In this document: positions 27,866-36,500 of the stretch, piece after piece | How the letters are laid out: each line of letters begins with the position of its first letter | How positions within the stretch are numbered: the stretch's first letter is position 1 | Assembly: GCA_965207805.1 (NCBI GenBank) | Contig: OZ242312.1 | Location: forward strand, 684,748-748,747 | Direction of reading: 5' to 3' | Source: Gemmatimonadota bacterium | GTDB taxonomy: Bacteria; Gemmatimonadota; Gemmatimonadetes; Palauibacterales; Palauibacteraceae | Length of the DNA stretch: 64,000 nucleotides | Notes under the pieces: generated by a model | Told to the model about the DNA's origin: nothing | Seen by the model: the letters and a program-made list of their open reading frames with translations, nothing else | The model's database searches: none | Position numbers and translations under genes: made by a program

Positions 27866-28954
27866 ATGAACGTGGACCGACCCGCCGCGCGCCCCCTAAC
27901 CTACGTCGCGATCGGCGTCCTCGGACTCGCTGTTGCCGCCGCGGTACTCCTTCAGCCCGACGCGGCCCGCACGCAGACCACGTCCGGCGACTGGGAGCCC
28001 CCGCTTACCCCGCACGGCCATCCCGATCTGCAGGGAAACTGGACCAACCAGACGCTGACACCCTTCGAGCGCCCCGAAGGCCGGGGACCCGTGCTGAGTC
28101 CGGACGAAGTCGTCGCCATCGAGGGCGGACAGGCGCAGACCGTCGCCGAACGGACGGCTCCGGTCGATCCGGAGCGGCCGCTGCCGCCGGGCGGCGAACA
28201 CCGGGTCTGCATCGATGGGGCTACGACGTGCTACGACGAGTTCTACCGTGAGCCGGGCGAACGCGTGGCGGTCGTGAACGGCGAGCCGCGCAGTTCCCTC
28301 GTCACCGACCCGCCGGATGGACGGATTCCCGATCTCACGCCGGAGGCCCGGCGGCGGCTGGAGGAGGCGGCCGAGTTCCGCGACAGATTCGGCCAGTACG
28401 ACCACCCCGAGCTTCGGCCGCTCGCGGAACGGTGCATCGTATCGTTCGGATCGAGCGCCGGACCGCCGATGCTCCCGAACTACTGGTACAACAACAGCTA
28501 CACGATCGCGCAGAACGAGGATTTCGTCGTGATCATGGCCGAGATGGTGCACGACGCGCGGATCATCCCCATTCGCGACCCGCGGGAGCAGCTCGAGAGC
28601 CGGCCCGAACCGGAGCACGTCACACCGTGGTTCGGAAGTTCGGTCGGCTGGTGGGAGGACGGCACGCTCGTCGTCGAGACGACGAACCTGAACCCCGAGC
28701 ACGCGTTCCGGGGGGTGCCGCCCTCGAAGGATCGGAAGGTCGTCGAGCGCTTCACGCGCGTGGACGAGGAGACGATCCTCTACGAGTTCACGATCGACGA
28801 TCCCGCCGTGTACACGAGCCCCTGGGGCGGACAGGTCCCGTTCAAGCGCTTCGACCATCTGCTCTACGAGTACGCGTGCCACGAGGGCAACTACGCCATG
28901 TTCAACGTGCTGAGCGGCGCGCGCTACCAGGAACGGATGGGGGGGAATCCGTAG
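27866..28954 (+). CDS. secreted hypothetical protein
   Basis: N-terminal TM/signal YVAIGVLGLAVAAAVLL after GAGGAGGAACGATG. 362 aa. No family recognised. Confidence 0.5.
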   Translation: MNVDRPAARPLTYVAIGVLGLAVAAAVLLQPDAARTQTTSGDWEPPLTPHGHPDLQGNWTNQTLTPFERPEGRGPVLSPDEVVAIEGGQAQTVAERTAPVDPERPLPPGGEHRVCIDGATTCYDEFYREPGERVAVVNGEPRSSLVTDPPDGRIPDLTPEARRRLEEAAEFRDRFGQYDHPELRPLAERCIVSFGSSAGPPMLPNYWYNNSYTIAQNEDFVVIMAEMVHDARIIPIRDPREQLESRPEPEHVTPWFGSSVGWWEDGTLVVETTNLNPEHAFRGVPPSKDRKVVERFTRVDEETILYEFTIDDPAVYTSPWGGQVPFKRFDHLLYEYACHEGNYAMFNVLSGARYQERMGGNP

Positions 28955-29124
28955 CCCGCTCGCCGGGTCGCCTGTGCTCGCTGCTCGCCGCGCTGGCGGT
29001 CGCGGGCTGCGCCGCCGATCGTCCGCCGGAGAGCACGGCCGAAGCGGAGCGCACCCCGGCCGGGCTGCTCGGCCTGCGTCCGGGCCCTTCGCCCGATCGA
29101 TCCTCTCCTGACTGGGAGCCGCCC

Positions 29125-30105
29125 GTGAAAGTCGTCGTCGCCGATTTGTGGCCCGGCCGCACGGCCGAACTCGCGGAGGTCGCCCCGGGCGTGGACCTCG
29201 TCGTCGTCGGAGACGGCCAGGCCGCGGCGGCCGAAGCGCACGACGCCGACGCGGTCCTCGGCGTGCTGAACGCGGACATCCTCGCCGCCGGCGACCGGCT
29301 CCGCTGGGTGCAGCTCGCCTCGGCGGGGGTCGAACGCTACCTCGCGTTGCCCGGGCTTTCCGAGGCCGAGGACCTCGTCATCACCAACGCCCAGCGGATC
29401 TTTGCCCCCGGCGGCGCGGAGCACGCGCTCGGCATGGCGCTCATGCTCGCGCGACGGTTCCACACGGCGCTCGACCTGCAGCGCGAACGCCGGTGGGACA
29501 TCCGGCCGCTGACCGGGCCCTCCCCCTACCGGGGCGAGGGGAGCCAACTGCTCGAACTCCGGGGCCGCACCATGCTCGTCATCGGCCTCGGCGGGATCGG
29601 GACGGAAACCGCCCGCATCGCGCACGGGATCGGCATGCGGGTCATCGCCACGCGGAACAGCAGCCGTGAGGGCCCGGACTTCGTGGAGCGCGTCGGGCTG
29701 GCGTCGGAACTCCTTGATCTCGTTCCCGAGGCGGACGTCATCGTGAACGCCCTGCCGCTCACTCCGGAAACGGAAGGCCTCGTCGACGACGCTTTCTTCG
29801 AGCTGACGCGGCCGACCGCGCTCTACATCACGCTGGGACGCGGACGGACAACGAACACGGGGGCGCTCGTCCGCGCGCTGCGGGAGGGCCGGATCGCGGG
29901 CGCGGGTCTGGACGTGGTGGACCCCGAGCCGCTCCCGCCGGACCACGTCCTCTGGTCGCTACCGAACGTGATCATCACGCCGCACCTCGGTGGCGACTCC
30001 GATGAACACATGGAGCGGATGTGGATCCTCTTCCGCGAGAATCTGCGCCGTTTCGCGGCCGGCGAGCCGCTCCTGGCCGTCGTCAACCGGGAGCGCGGCT
30101 ACTAG
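29125..30105 (+). CDS. D-isomer-specific 2-hydroxyacid dehydrogenase family protein (NAD-binding)
   Basis: NAD-binding motif LVIGLGGIGTETARIAHGIGMRV and catalytic region ITPHLGG. GTG 29125 is the first canonical in-frame start. The in-frame upstream sequence encodes a lipoprotein-signal-like peptide without a start codon. Confidence 0.75.
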   Translation: MKVVVADLWPGRTAELAEVAPGVDLVVVGDGQAAAAEAHDADAVLGVLNADILAAGDRLRWVQLASAGVERYLALPGLSEAEDLVITNAQRIFAPGGAEHALGMALMLARRFHTALDLQRERRWDIRPLTGPSPYRGEGSQLLELRGRTMLVIGLGGIGTETARIAHGIGMRVIATRNSSREGPDFVERVGLASELLDLVPEADVIVNALPLTPETEGLVDDAFFELTRPTALYITLGRGRTTNTGALVRALREGRIAGAGLDVVDPEPLPPDHVLWSLPNVIITPHLGGDSDEHMERMWILFRENLRRFAAGEPLLAVVNRERGY

Positions 30106-30147
30106 CCGGCGGTCTCCCCGAAGCCGGATCCCAAGTGCGGCTTCCGG

Positions 30148-31019
30148 CTAGCCGCCCCGGATCTGGAACGTGAGCGTGGCCCAGTTGGACTCGTAGTCGA
30201 GGTCGGGCTCCGATGGCGTCTCGACCATGTGAATCGTCCGGATGTACCACCGACCTCCGCCGACGAGCGGGATCGTCGCGACGCCGTCCTCGTTCGTGCG
30301 AGCCTCGACCGCCTCGTTGTGTGCACCGGTATCGTCGTGCGAGTGGGGGTTGAATTCGTAGTTCGCGTAGAGAAGCGCGTTCTCGACCGGCTTGCCCGCG
30401 CGGAGGAAGCGCACCTGGAGTTCGTCGCCTACGACGAGATCATACGGGTTCTGCAGCGGGATGATCTCCACCGGATAGCCAAGCTCCTCCGCCCACTCGC
30501 CGCTTCGGTCGTCTCCCACCTGGACGATCGCCTTCACGTGTTTGCTGTAGCGCTCGACCGCGTCGTCGTCCGTCTTGCCGGCCGCTTCGCGCTGCGCGAT
30601 CTCGTCGACCAGGCCTTCGTGAACCAGGTATTCGTAGAACGCCGTCGCATCGAGCGGGATCACGCGCGCCGCCGTCGACACGCCGATCGTGTAGGTCCCG
30701 GCCGAGCCCGTCTCGAAGGTCAGCAGCGCCGTGTCCACGCTGTCCGCATGCCAGTGGAACATCGCCGTGTCGCGCCACGCCTCCGGCGGCGGGTTCACGA
30801 CCCCATCCGGTCCCACGATGCTCACGTCGAGCATGCGGTCACGCGTGATGTGGTTCTCGCTCTCGTCGAAATCTCCATTGAAGAGCGCCACGACGTTCGT
30901 CGAATTCGGCTCCAGGAAGAAACTCTCGAGCTTCAGGAACATCGTGTGCGCCCGCGCCGTCGCGACGATGGCAACGGTCAACAGGCCGGCGGTCAACAGG
31001 ACACGGCGTCCGATCTTCA
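30148..31019 (-). CDS. periplasmic DUF4198-like protein (family often associated with Ni/Co uptake)
   Basis: ATG 31019 preceded by GGAGGA. Signal MKIGRRVLLTAGLLTVAIVATARA. Family assignment is from memory of the fold pattern. Confidence 0.45.
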
Positions 31020-31196
31020 TCAGGGATCCTCCGGAGTCTCCGGCTTCGCGGGTTCGTTGGCGCAGCGCCGAGCAACATGCGCCGACCCAGGCGGGTTGGG
31101 CCATAGTCGGCGGCGGGCCGGCGTTGTCCCCATAGCCGAAAGTGCCGATCATTGCCCCCCGCTTGCGACGGTGACGGTTCAACTCCGGGGGAACGA

Positions 31197-31862
31197 ATGA
31201 CGCTTCGCATCAACGACACGGCGCCGGACTTCACGGCGGACACGACGCACGGCAGAATCCGCTTCCACGACTGGATCGGGGACGGGTGGGTCCTCCTCTT
31301 CTCCCATCCAAAGGACTTCACGCCCGTGTGTACGACGGAACTGGGGGCGGTGGCCGCCCTGGAGGACGCGTTCGCGGCGCGCAACTGCAAGATCATCGGG
31401 ATCAGCGTCGACGGCGTGAGCGACCACGAGGCCTGGTCGAAGGACATCGAGGCCTCGCAGGGACACGCCGTCGGCTACCCGCTGATCGGCGATCCGAGAC
31501 TCGAGATCGTCAAGGCGTACGACATGCTGCCGGCCGACGCCGGAGACACGTCCGAGGGCCGCACACCCATGGACAATGCCACGGCGCGTTCGGTGTTCGT
31601 CATCGGCCCCGACAAGAAGATCAAGGCCACGCTCACGTATCCGATGAGCACGGGCCGGAACTTCGCCGAGATCCTCCGGCTCCTGGATTCGTGCCAGCTC
31701 ACGGCCGAGAAGCAGCTCGCCACGCCGGCGAACTGGGAGCAGGGCGACGACGTGATCATCGTGCCGGCGGTCACCGACGAGGAGGCGCGGCAGCGGTTCC
31801 CGGAGGGCTGGGAGCAGCCGCTGCCCTACATCCGGATCGTCCCGCAGCCGCAGGACGGCTAG
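31197..31862 (+). CDS. 1-Cys peroxiredoxin (Prx6 family)
   Basis: Peroxidatic Cys motif FTPVCTTE and the Prx6-type C-terminus; 221 aa. Confidence 0.9.
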   Translation: MTLRINDTAPDFTADTTHGRIRFHDWIGDGWVLLFSHPKDFTPVCTTELGAVAALEDAFAARNCKIIGISVDGVSDHEAWSKDIEASQGHAVGYPLIGDPRLEIVKAYDMLPADAGDTSEGRTPMDNATARSVFVIGPDKKIKATLTYPMSTGRNFAEILRLLDSCQLTAEKQLATPANWEQGDDVIIVPAVTDEEARQRFPEGWEQPLPYIRIVPQPQDG

Positions 31863-31865
31863 CTG

Positions 31866-33314
31866 TTGTCACACGTTGTGACACAAACCACTGCTCGAGC
31901 CGGCGGGGGGCTGCTCCTCGGCGGCGTACTCCTGTGGGCGTGCTCGGCCGGTTCTGGTGCCGGCGGTACGGCCTCGGAGGACGGCCGGCTCCTGATCGAA
32001 GGCGGTACGGTCGTCGTGATGGACGCCGCCGGCACCGTCCTCGAGGGGGGCGCGGTACTCGTGGAGAGGGACAGGATCTCCGCCATCCTCGACGGTGAAG
32101 CTCCCCGCCCCGCCGGCGTGCCGGTGCTCGACGCGACGGGGCACCTCGTGATCCCCGGACTCGTCAACACGCATGGCCACGCCGCGATGTCGCTCCTGCG
32201 GGGACTCGCCGACGACATGCCGCTGATGACCTGGCTGAACGAGCACATCTTCCCCGCCGAAGCCGAACTGGTCGATTCCGAGTTCGTCTATTGGGGCACG
32301 CTGCTCTCGTCCATCGAGATGTTGAAAAGCGGGACGACGACGTTCGCGGACATGTACTACTTCCGGGATGACGCGGCGCGGGCGGTCATCGACGCGGGCA
32401 TCCGCGCCGTCATGGGCCCGCATGTCATCGGCTTCCCCGCCCCCGACTTCGCCTCACCGGCGGCGACGCTGGCCGACGCGGCCGGGTTCATGGAGACGTA
32501 TCGCGACCATCCCACGCTGGTTCCGGGAACCGCCGCACACTCGCTGTACACGACGTCCCTCGACGATGTGCGCGGCGCGCTGCGGTTGGCCATCGACCAC
32601 GGTGCCCCGTTTCAGATCCACACGGCCGAAGACGCGAGCGAGTTCGCGACGGCGACGGAACGGACCGGGATGGGGGTGGTGGAGGCCCTCGAGTCCCTCG
32701 GCGCGCTCCGCCCAGGCACTGTGCTCGCCCACTCCATCTACCTCTCGGACGAGGACATCGAACGCATCGCGGCCGGGGGCGCCGGGGTCTCACACAACCC
32801 GCAGAGCAACCTCAAGCTGGGAATCCCGCGGGCGGCGCCGGTCGTGAAGCTGCTCGCCGCCGGCATCCCCGTGGGGCTGGGGACGGACGGCGCGGCGAGC
32901 AACAACGACCTCGACCTGTTCGACGAGATGGACTCGGCCGCCAAGCTCCACAAGTTCACGAACGCCGACCCGACGGCGCTCCCCGCCGAGACCGTCTTTC
33001 GCATGGCCACGATGGGCGGCGCCCGCGTGCTCAATCTCCACGACCGCATCGGGTCGCTCGAGCCGGGCAAGCGGGCGGACATCGTGCTGCTCGATACGCG
33101 GCGCGCCGGGCTCACGCCCCTCTACAACGTCTATTCCCACCTCGTGTACGCGGCGCGGGGGAGCGACGTCTCCACGGTCCTCGTGAACGGCCGCGTCGTC
33201 GTCAGGGACGGCCAGGTGCTCACGGTCGACGAGGCGGAGGTCATGGAGCGGGCGTACACCTTCCGCGACCGGGTGCGGGAGGTCATCGCCCGGGTGGCCG
33301 AGGAGGCGCGCTAG
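31866..33314 (+). CDS. amidohydrolase, MtaD/SsnA/chlorohydrolase (ATZ/TRZ) family deaminase-like
   Basis: HxH motif VNTHGHAAMSLLRG, HTAE, GLGTDGAASNNDLDLF and a C-terminal Asp region. The gene is 4 nt downstream of the peroxiredoxin. Confidence 0.75.
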   Translation: MSHVVTQTTARAGGGLLLGGVLLWACSAGSGAGGTASEDGRLLIEGGTVVVMDAAGTVLEGGAVLVERDRISAILDGEAPRPAGVPVLDATGHLVIPGLVNTHGHAAMSLLRGLADDMPLMTWLNEHIFPAEAELVDSEFVYWGTLLSSIEMLKSGTTTFADMYYFRDDAARAVIDAGIRAVMGPHVIGFPAPDFASPAATLADAAGFMETYRDHPTLVPGTAAHSLYTTSLDDVRGALRLAIDHGAPFQIHTAEDASEFATATERTGMGVVEALESLGALRPGTVLAHSIYLSDEDIERIAAGGAGVSHNPQSNLKLGIPRAAPVVKLLAAGIPVGLGTDGAASNNDLDLFDEMDSAAKLHKFTNADPTALPAETVFRMATMGGARVLNLHDRIGSLEPGKRADIVLLDTRRAGLTPLYNVYSHLVYAARGSDVSTVLVNGRVVVRDGQVLTVDEAEVMERAYTFRDRVREVIARVAEEAR

Positions 33315-33351
33315 TCGCTCCGGGCCGAGTAGGGCTACCGGGTGTGGAAGG

Positions 33352-33972
33352 CTATGCGCCGCTCGCGTGTCCCGGCGCGGCAGGCGGCGTCCAGCCCGTC
33401 GCGGCCCGGCGTTCCTGCACGCAGCGCTTGAAGCGGAAGGCATTCTCGGGCAGGGCGAAGTCCATCCCGTAGTTGTCGGGACCCACGGCGTCGACGCGCG
33501 CCACGATCACGCCGAGGTCATCCCGCTCCATCGCCTCGACGAACACTTCCCCGAACGCCATCGGCGAGTCCACGGCCACCGCGTGCTCGATCCCGGCCCC
33601 GCGCGCGATCGCGGCGAGATCCGTGACGCCCGAGGTGGTGTGCGACTCGAACCCTCCCGTCGAGAGGAGGCTCCCGTTGTCGAAGATGATGTGGAGGAGG
33701 TTCCGGGGCCGGTAGCGTGCGAGGGTGGTGAAGGTGCCGAGGTTCATCAGCGCCGATCCGTCCCCGTCCAGCACGACCACCCTCTCGTGCGGCAGATGGT
33801 TCGCGAGGCCGAGGCCGATCGACGAGGCGAGCCCCATCGCGTGCTGCAGGTAGAAGAAGTTCTCGCGGTGGCCGAGGTCGTACAGTTCCTGGGCGCAGGC
33901 CCCCATGATCGTGACGACCAGCTTGTCCTCGATCTCGGGGTAGATCAGTTCCAGGCAGTCCTCCCGCCGCAT
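33352..33972 (-). CDS. TPP-dependent decarboxylase beta subunit (sulfopyruvate/phosphonopyruvate decarboxylase ComE-like; TPP/Mg-binding)
   Basis: TPP-binding motif VLDGDGSALMNLGTFTT...N; ~206 aa. Confidence 0.7.
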   Translation of the reverse strand: MRREDCLELIYPEIEDKLVVTIMGACAQELYDLGHRENFFYLQHAMGLASSIGLGLANHLPHERVVVLDGDGSALMNLGTFTTLARYRPRNLLHIIFDNGSLLSTGGFESHTTSGVTDLAAIARGAGIEHAVAVDSPMAFGEVFVEAMERDDLGVIVARVDAVGPDNYGMDFALPENAFRFKRCVQERRAATGWTPPAAPGHASGA

Positions 33973-34009
33973 CAGGCCTCCTTCCCCCGCCTGGATCCGC
34001 TATGCCGCA

Positions 34010-34519
34010 TCACACTTCCATGAGGTCGCGCGTCAGCAGCAGCGCGACGGGCGAGAGCGAACTCTGCGACAGCGTGTACGCCTCGGCGATCTCCTTCGCG
34101 ACGAGCGCCGGATCTCTCGCGTGGTGGTAGGGGATGTTGAGCGCCTGAAGCAAACCCTCCGTCACGATCCCGCCACGAGTGTGCCACGGATACGGCTCGC
34201 CCCAGTGACCCCGGACCGCGATGAGCATGCAGAGCGGGACGGAATAGAGCTGGGCGAGGGAGATGATCCCGTTCATCGCGGCGAAGAAGCCGTGGTTCTG
34301 CATGAGCAGGATGTGCGGCTCGCCGGCGAAGTAGGCCCCGGCCGCGATTCCGACCGCCTCCTCCTCCTTGGCGACCTGGATGAGGTCGACCTCGGGATCG
34401 TCCTCGGCGCGCTGCAGGAGGAGACCGAGCCAGGTCTCCGGCAGGGCGGAGATGCTCCGGATGCCGGCGGCCTTGATCCCGTCGAAGATGGCCTTCGAGT
34501 TCTCGTAGGAGACGGTCAT
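34010..34519 (-). CDS. TPP-dependent decarboxylase alpha subunit (ComD-like, pyrimidine-binding domain)
   Basis: ATG at 34519. ~169 aa. Conserved ComD-like N-terminus ([20 protein letters not shown]). Confidence 0.7.
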   Translation of the reverse strand: MTVSYENSKAIFDGIKAAGIRSISALPETWLGLLLQRAEDDPEVDLIQVAKEEEAVGIAAGAYFAGEPHILLMQNHGFFAAMNGIISLAQLYSVPLCMLIAVRGHWGEPYPWHTRGGIVTEGLLQALNIPYHHARDPALVAKEIAEAYTLSQSSLSPVALLLTRDLMEV

Positions 34520-34650
34520 GGGCCGAAGGGTGCGCGGACGGCTCGGGCGGCGCAATCCCGCCGGCGCGGCGGCCCGTCGCGCCAAAACGGCGCACAGGTT
34601 GCGCCACGCGGCGACCCGTGAACACCATGAACACCCAGCAAGGAGTGCGT

Positions 34651-35418
34651 ATGGACGAATCGGAAGGGCGGCCGGTCGACCGGCGCGGGTTCATCAGGGA
34701 CGCGGCGGTGGGTGCGGCCGCATTCGCCGCCCCGGGGAAGCTGATGGCCGACCAGACGGAGTCTCACGATCACGGCCATGATCACGGCCACGACCACGAT
34801 CACGACCACCAGGACGTGCCGCCGGACATCGCGCTCCGGGTGCGGGCGCTGGAGTCCGTCCTCGTGGAGAAGGGGATGGTGGACTCGGCGGCGCTGGACG
34901 AGATCGTCGACACGTACGAGAACCGGATCGGCCCGCGGAACGGAGCCGAGGTCGTCGCGCGCGCGTGGGTCGATCCCGCGTACCGGGAGCGCCTCCTCGC
35001 GGATGGGACCGCGGCGATCGGCGAACTCGGCTATCTCGGCGGCCAGGGCGAACACATGAAGGTGGTGGCGAACACTCCGGAGGTGCATAACCTCGTCGTG
35101 TGTACCCTCTGCTCGTGCTACCCGTGGCCGACGCTGGGGCTCCCACCCGTGTGGTACAAGTCCGCCCCCTTCCGGGCGCGGGCGGTGATCGAACCGCGCG
35201 CCGTGCTGAGCGAGTTCGGCCTCGACGTGCCCGAGGATGTCGAGGTCCGCGTCTGGGACAGCACGGCGGAGATCCGCTATCTCGTGCTCCCCGAGCGGCC
35301 CGACGGCACCGAGGACATGACGGAGGAGGAGTTGGCGGGGATCGTCAGCCGTGACTCGATGATCGGCGTGGCGCGGGTCGAGGTGCCGTCCGGCGGCCCG
35401 TCGGGAGGCGACCAGTGA
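34651..35418 (+). CDS. nthA: cobalt-type nitrile hydratase alpha subunit with an N-terminal twin-arginine signal and a His-rich tract
   Basis: Active-site [10 protein letters not shown] (Thr indicates Co-type) and strong similarity of the body to NHase alpha. The N-terminal extension [33 protein letters not shown] is Tat-like, followed by [22 protein letters not shown] 34651 is preceded by AAGGAG. Alternative starts are GTG 34618 and ATG 34627. Confidence 0.85.
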   Translation: MDESEGRPVDRRGFIRDAAVGAAAFAAPGKLMADQTESHDHGHDHGHDHDHDHQDVPPDIALRVRALESVLVEKGMVDSAALDEIVDTYENRIGPRNGAEVVARAWVDPAYRERLLADGTAAIGELGYLGGQGEHMKVVANTPEVHNLVVCTLCSCYPWPTLGLPPVWYKSAPFRARAVIEPRAVLSEFGLDVPEDVEVRVWDSTAEIRYLVLPERPDGTEDMTEEELAGIVSRDSMIGVARVEVPSGGPSGGDQ

Positions 35419-36071
35419 ACACGATCCACGACATGGGCGGCATGGACGGCTTCGGCCCGATCGGGCCCGAGGAGAACGAACCCGTCTTCCACCACCGCTG
35501 GGAAGGGCGTGTGTACGCGCTCACCAGGGCGGTCGGTCCGTGGGGCCGGGGGCGCGAATGGCCGTCCTTCCGCTACACGCTCGAGAGCATCCCCCCCGTC
35601 GAATACCTCAGCATGTCCTACTACGAGCGCTGGTTTCGGATGATGACGACCCGGCTGCTCGTAAGCGGTCTCATCTCCGAGACCGAACTGGAGACGGGTT
35701 ATCCGGATCCGGGGGCGCCGCGGCCGGAGCTGCTCCCGCCTTCGAACACCGGGGCGCCGGGGGCCGGGCTCCTCGACATGGACGTGCCGGCACGCTTCGG
35801 ACCGGACGACCGGGTGCGCGCGCGTAACCTGCACCCGCGCGGCCACACGCGGCAGCCGCGCTACGTCCGCGGGCGGCAGGGAACCGTGGTCCAGGACTAC
35901 GGCGTCTACGCGCTGCAGGACACGGACGAGGACGGACGGCGTCCCGTCGACCGCCGCCCGCAACACGTCTACTCGGTGCGCTTCGAGTCGGAGGAACTGT
36001 GGGGCGAGCGGGGCGGCGCGAGCGACGCGGTGTACGTGGACCTGTGGGAAGACTACCTGGAGCCGGCGTGA
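35415..36071 (+). CDS. nthB: nitrile hydratase beta subunit
   Basis: Canonical N-terminus [15 protein letters not shown]. 218 aa. Start overlaps the alpha stop. Confidence 0.85.
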   Translation: MNTIHDMGGMDGFGPIGPEENEPVFHHRWEGRVYALTRAVGPWGRGREWPSFRYTLESIPPVEYLSMSYYERWFRMMTTRLLVSGLISETELETGYPDPGAPRPELLPPSNTGAPGAGLLDMDVPARFGPDDRVRARNLHPRGHTRQPRYVRGRQGTVVQDYGVYALQDTDEDGRRPVDRRPQHVYSVRFESEELWGERGGASDAVYVDLWEDYLEPA

Positions 36072-36448
36072 TGTCCGGGGCCGAGCGCGTCGACGCCGAG
36101 CGTCTCGCGGCGCTCCCTCCCCTGCCCGCCGACGAGGAGGGCCCGGTGTTCGAGGCGCCGTGGCAGGCGCAGGCCTTCGCGCTTGCCGTCAAGCTCTCCG
36201 AGGAGGGGCACTTCACCTGGAAGGAGTGGGCCGGGACGCTCGCCGACGAACTCGCCGAGGCGGAGGCGCGCGGCGAGCCGGACGACGGCTCCCGGTACTA
36301 CCACCACTGGGTCGCCGCCCTCGAACGGCTCGTCGTCGACCGCCGGCTGAGTTCCTCCGCGGCTCTCGACGATTGCAAGGAGGCGTGGGCGGACGCCTAC
36401 CGCCACACCCCCCACGGCCAGCCCGTGGAACTGCACCGCACCGACTGA
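36071..36448 (+). CDS. nitrile hydratase accessory/activator protein (beta-homologue, P14K-like)
   Basis: 125 aa. ATG overlaps the beta stop (GTGATG). Similar to the NHase beta N-terminal helices (PVFEAPWQAQAFALAV). Confidence 0.65.
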   Translation: MSGAERVDAERLAALPPLPADEEGPVFEAPWQAQAFALAVKLSEEGHFTWKEWAGTLADELAEAEARGEPDDGSRYYHHWVAALERLVVDRRLSSSAALDDCKEAWADAYRHTPHGQPVELHRTD

Positions 36449-36459
36449 ACATAGCCACG

Positions 36460-36483
36460 CGTTCCCGCGGGAACGTCTTTCTC
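36460..36483 (+). terminator. Rho-independent terminator candidate: palindrome CGTTCCCGCGGGAACG followed by TCTTTCTC
   Basis: Perfect 16-bp palindrome with a T-rich tail immediately after the NHase operon stop. The same palindrome recurs at 13682-13697. Confidence 0.5.
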
Positions 36484-36500
36484 GAAGCTGGGAGGCGACG

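Noticed and set aside
34694-35146. Minus-strand and alternative-frame ORFs across the nitrile hydratase alpha gene (34694..35146, 34778..35059, 35100..35354, 35277..35966)
   Set aside because: They overlap a gene with a near-perfect NHase alpha active-site match. High-GC artefacts.
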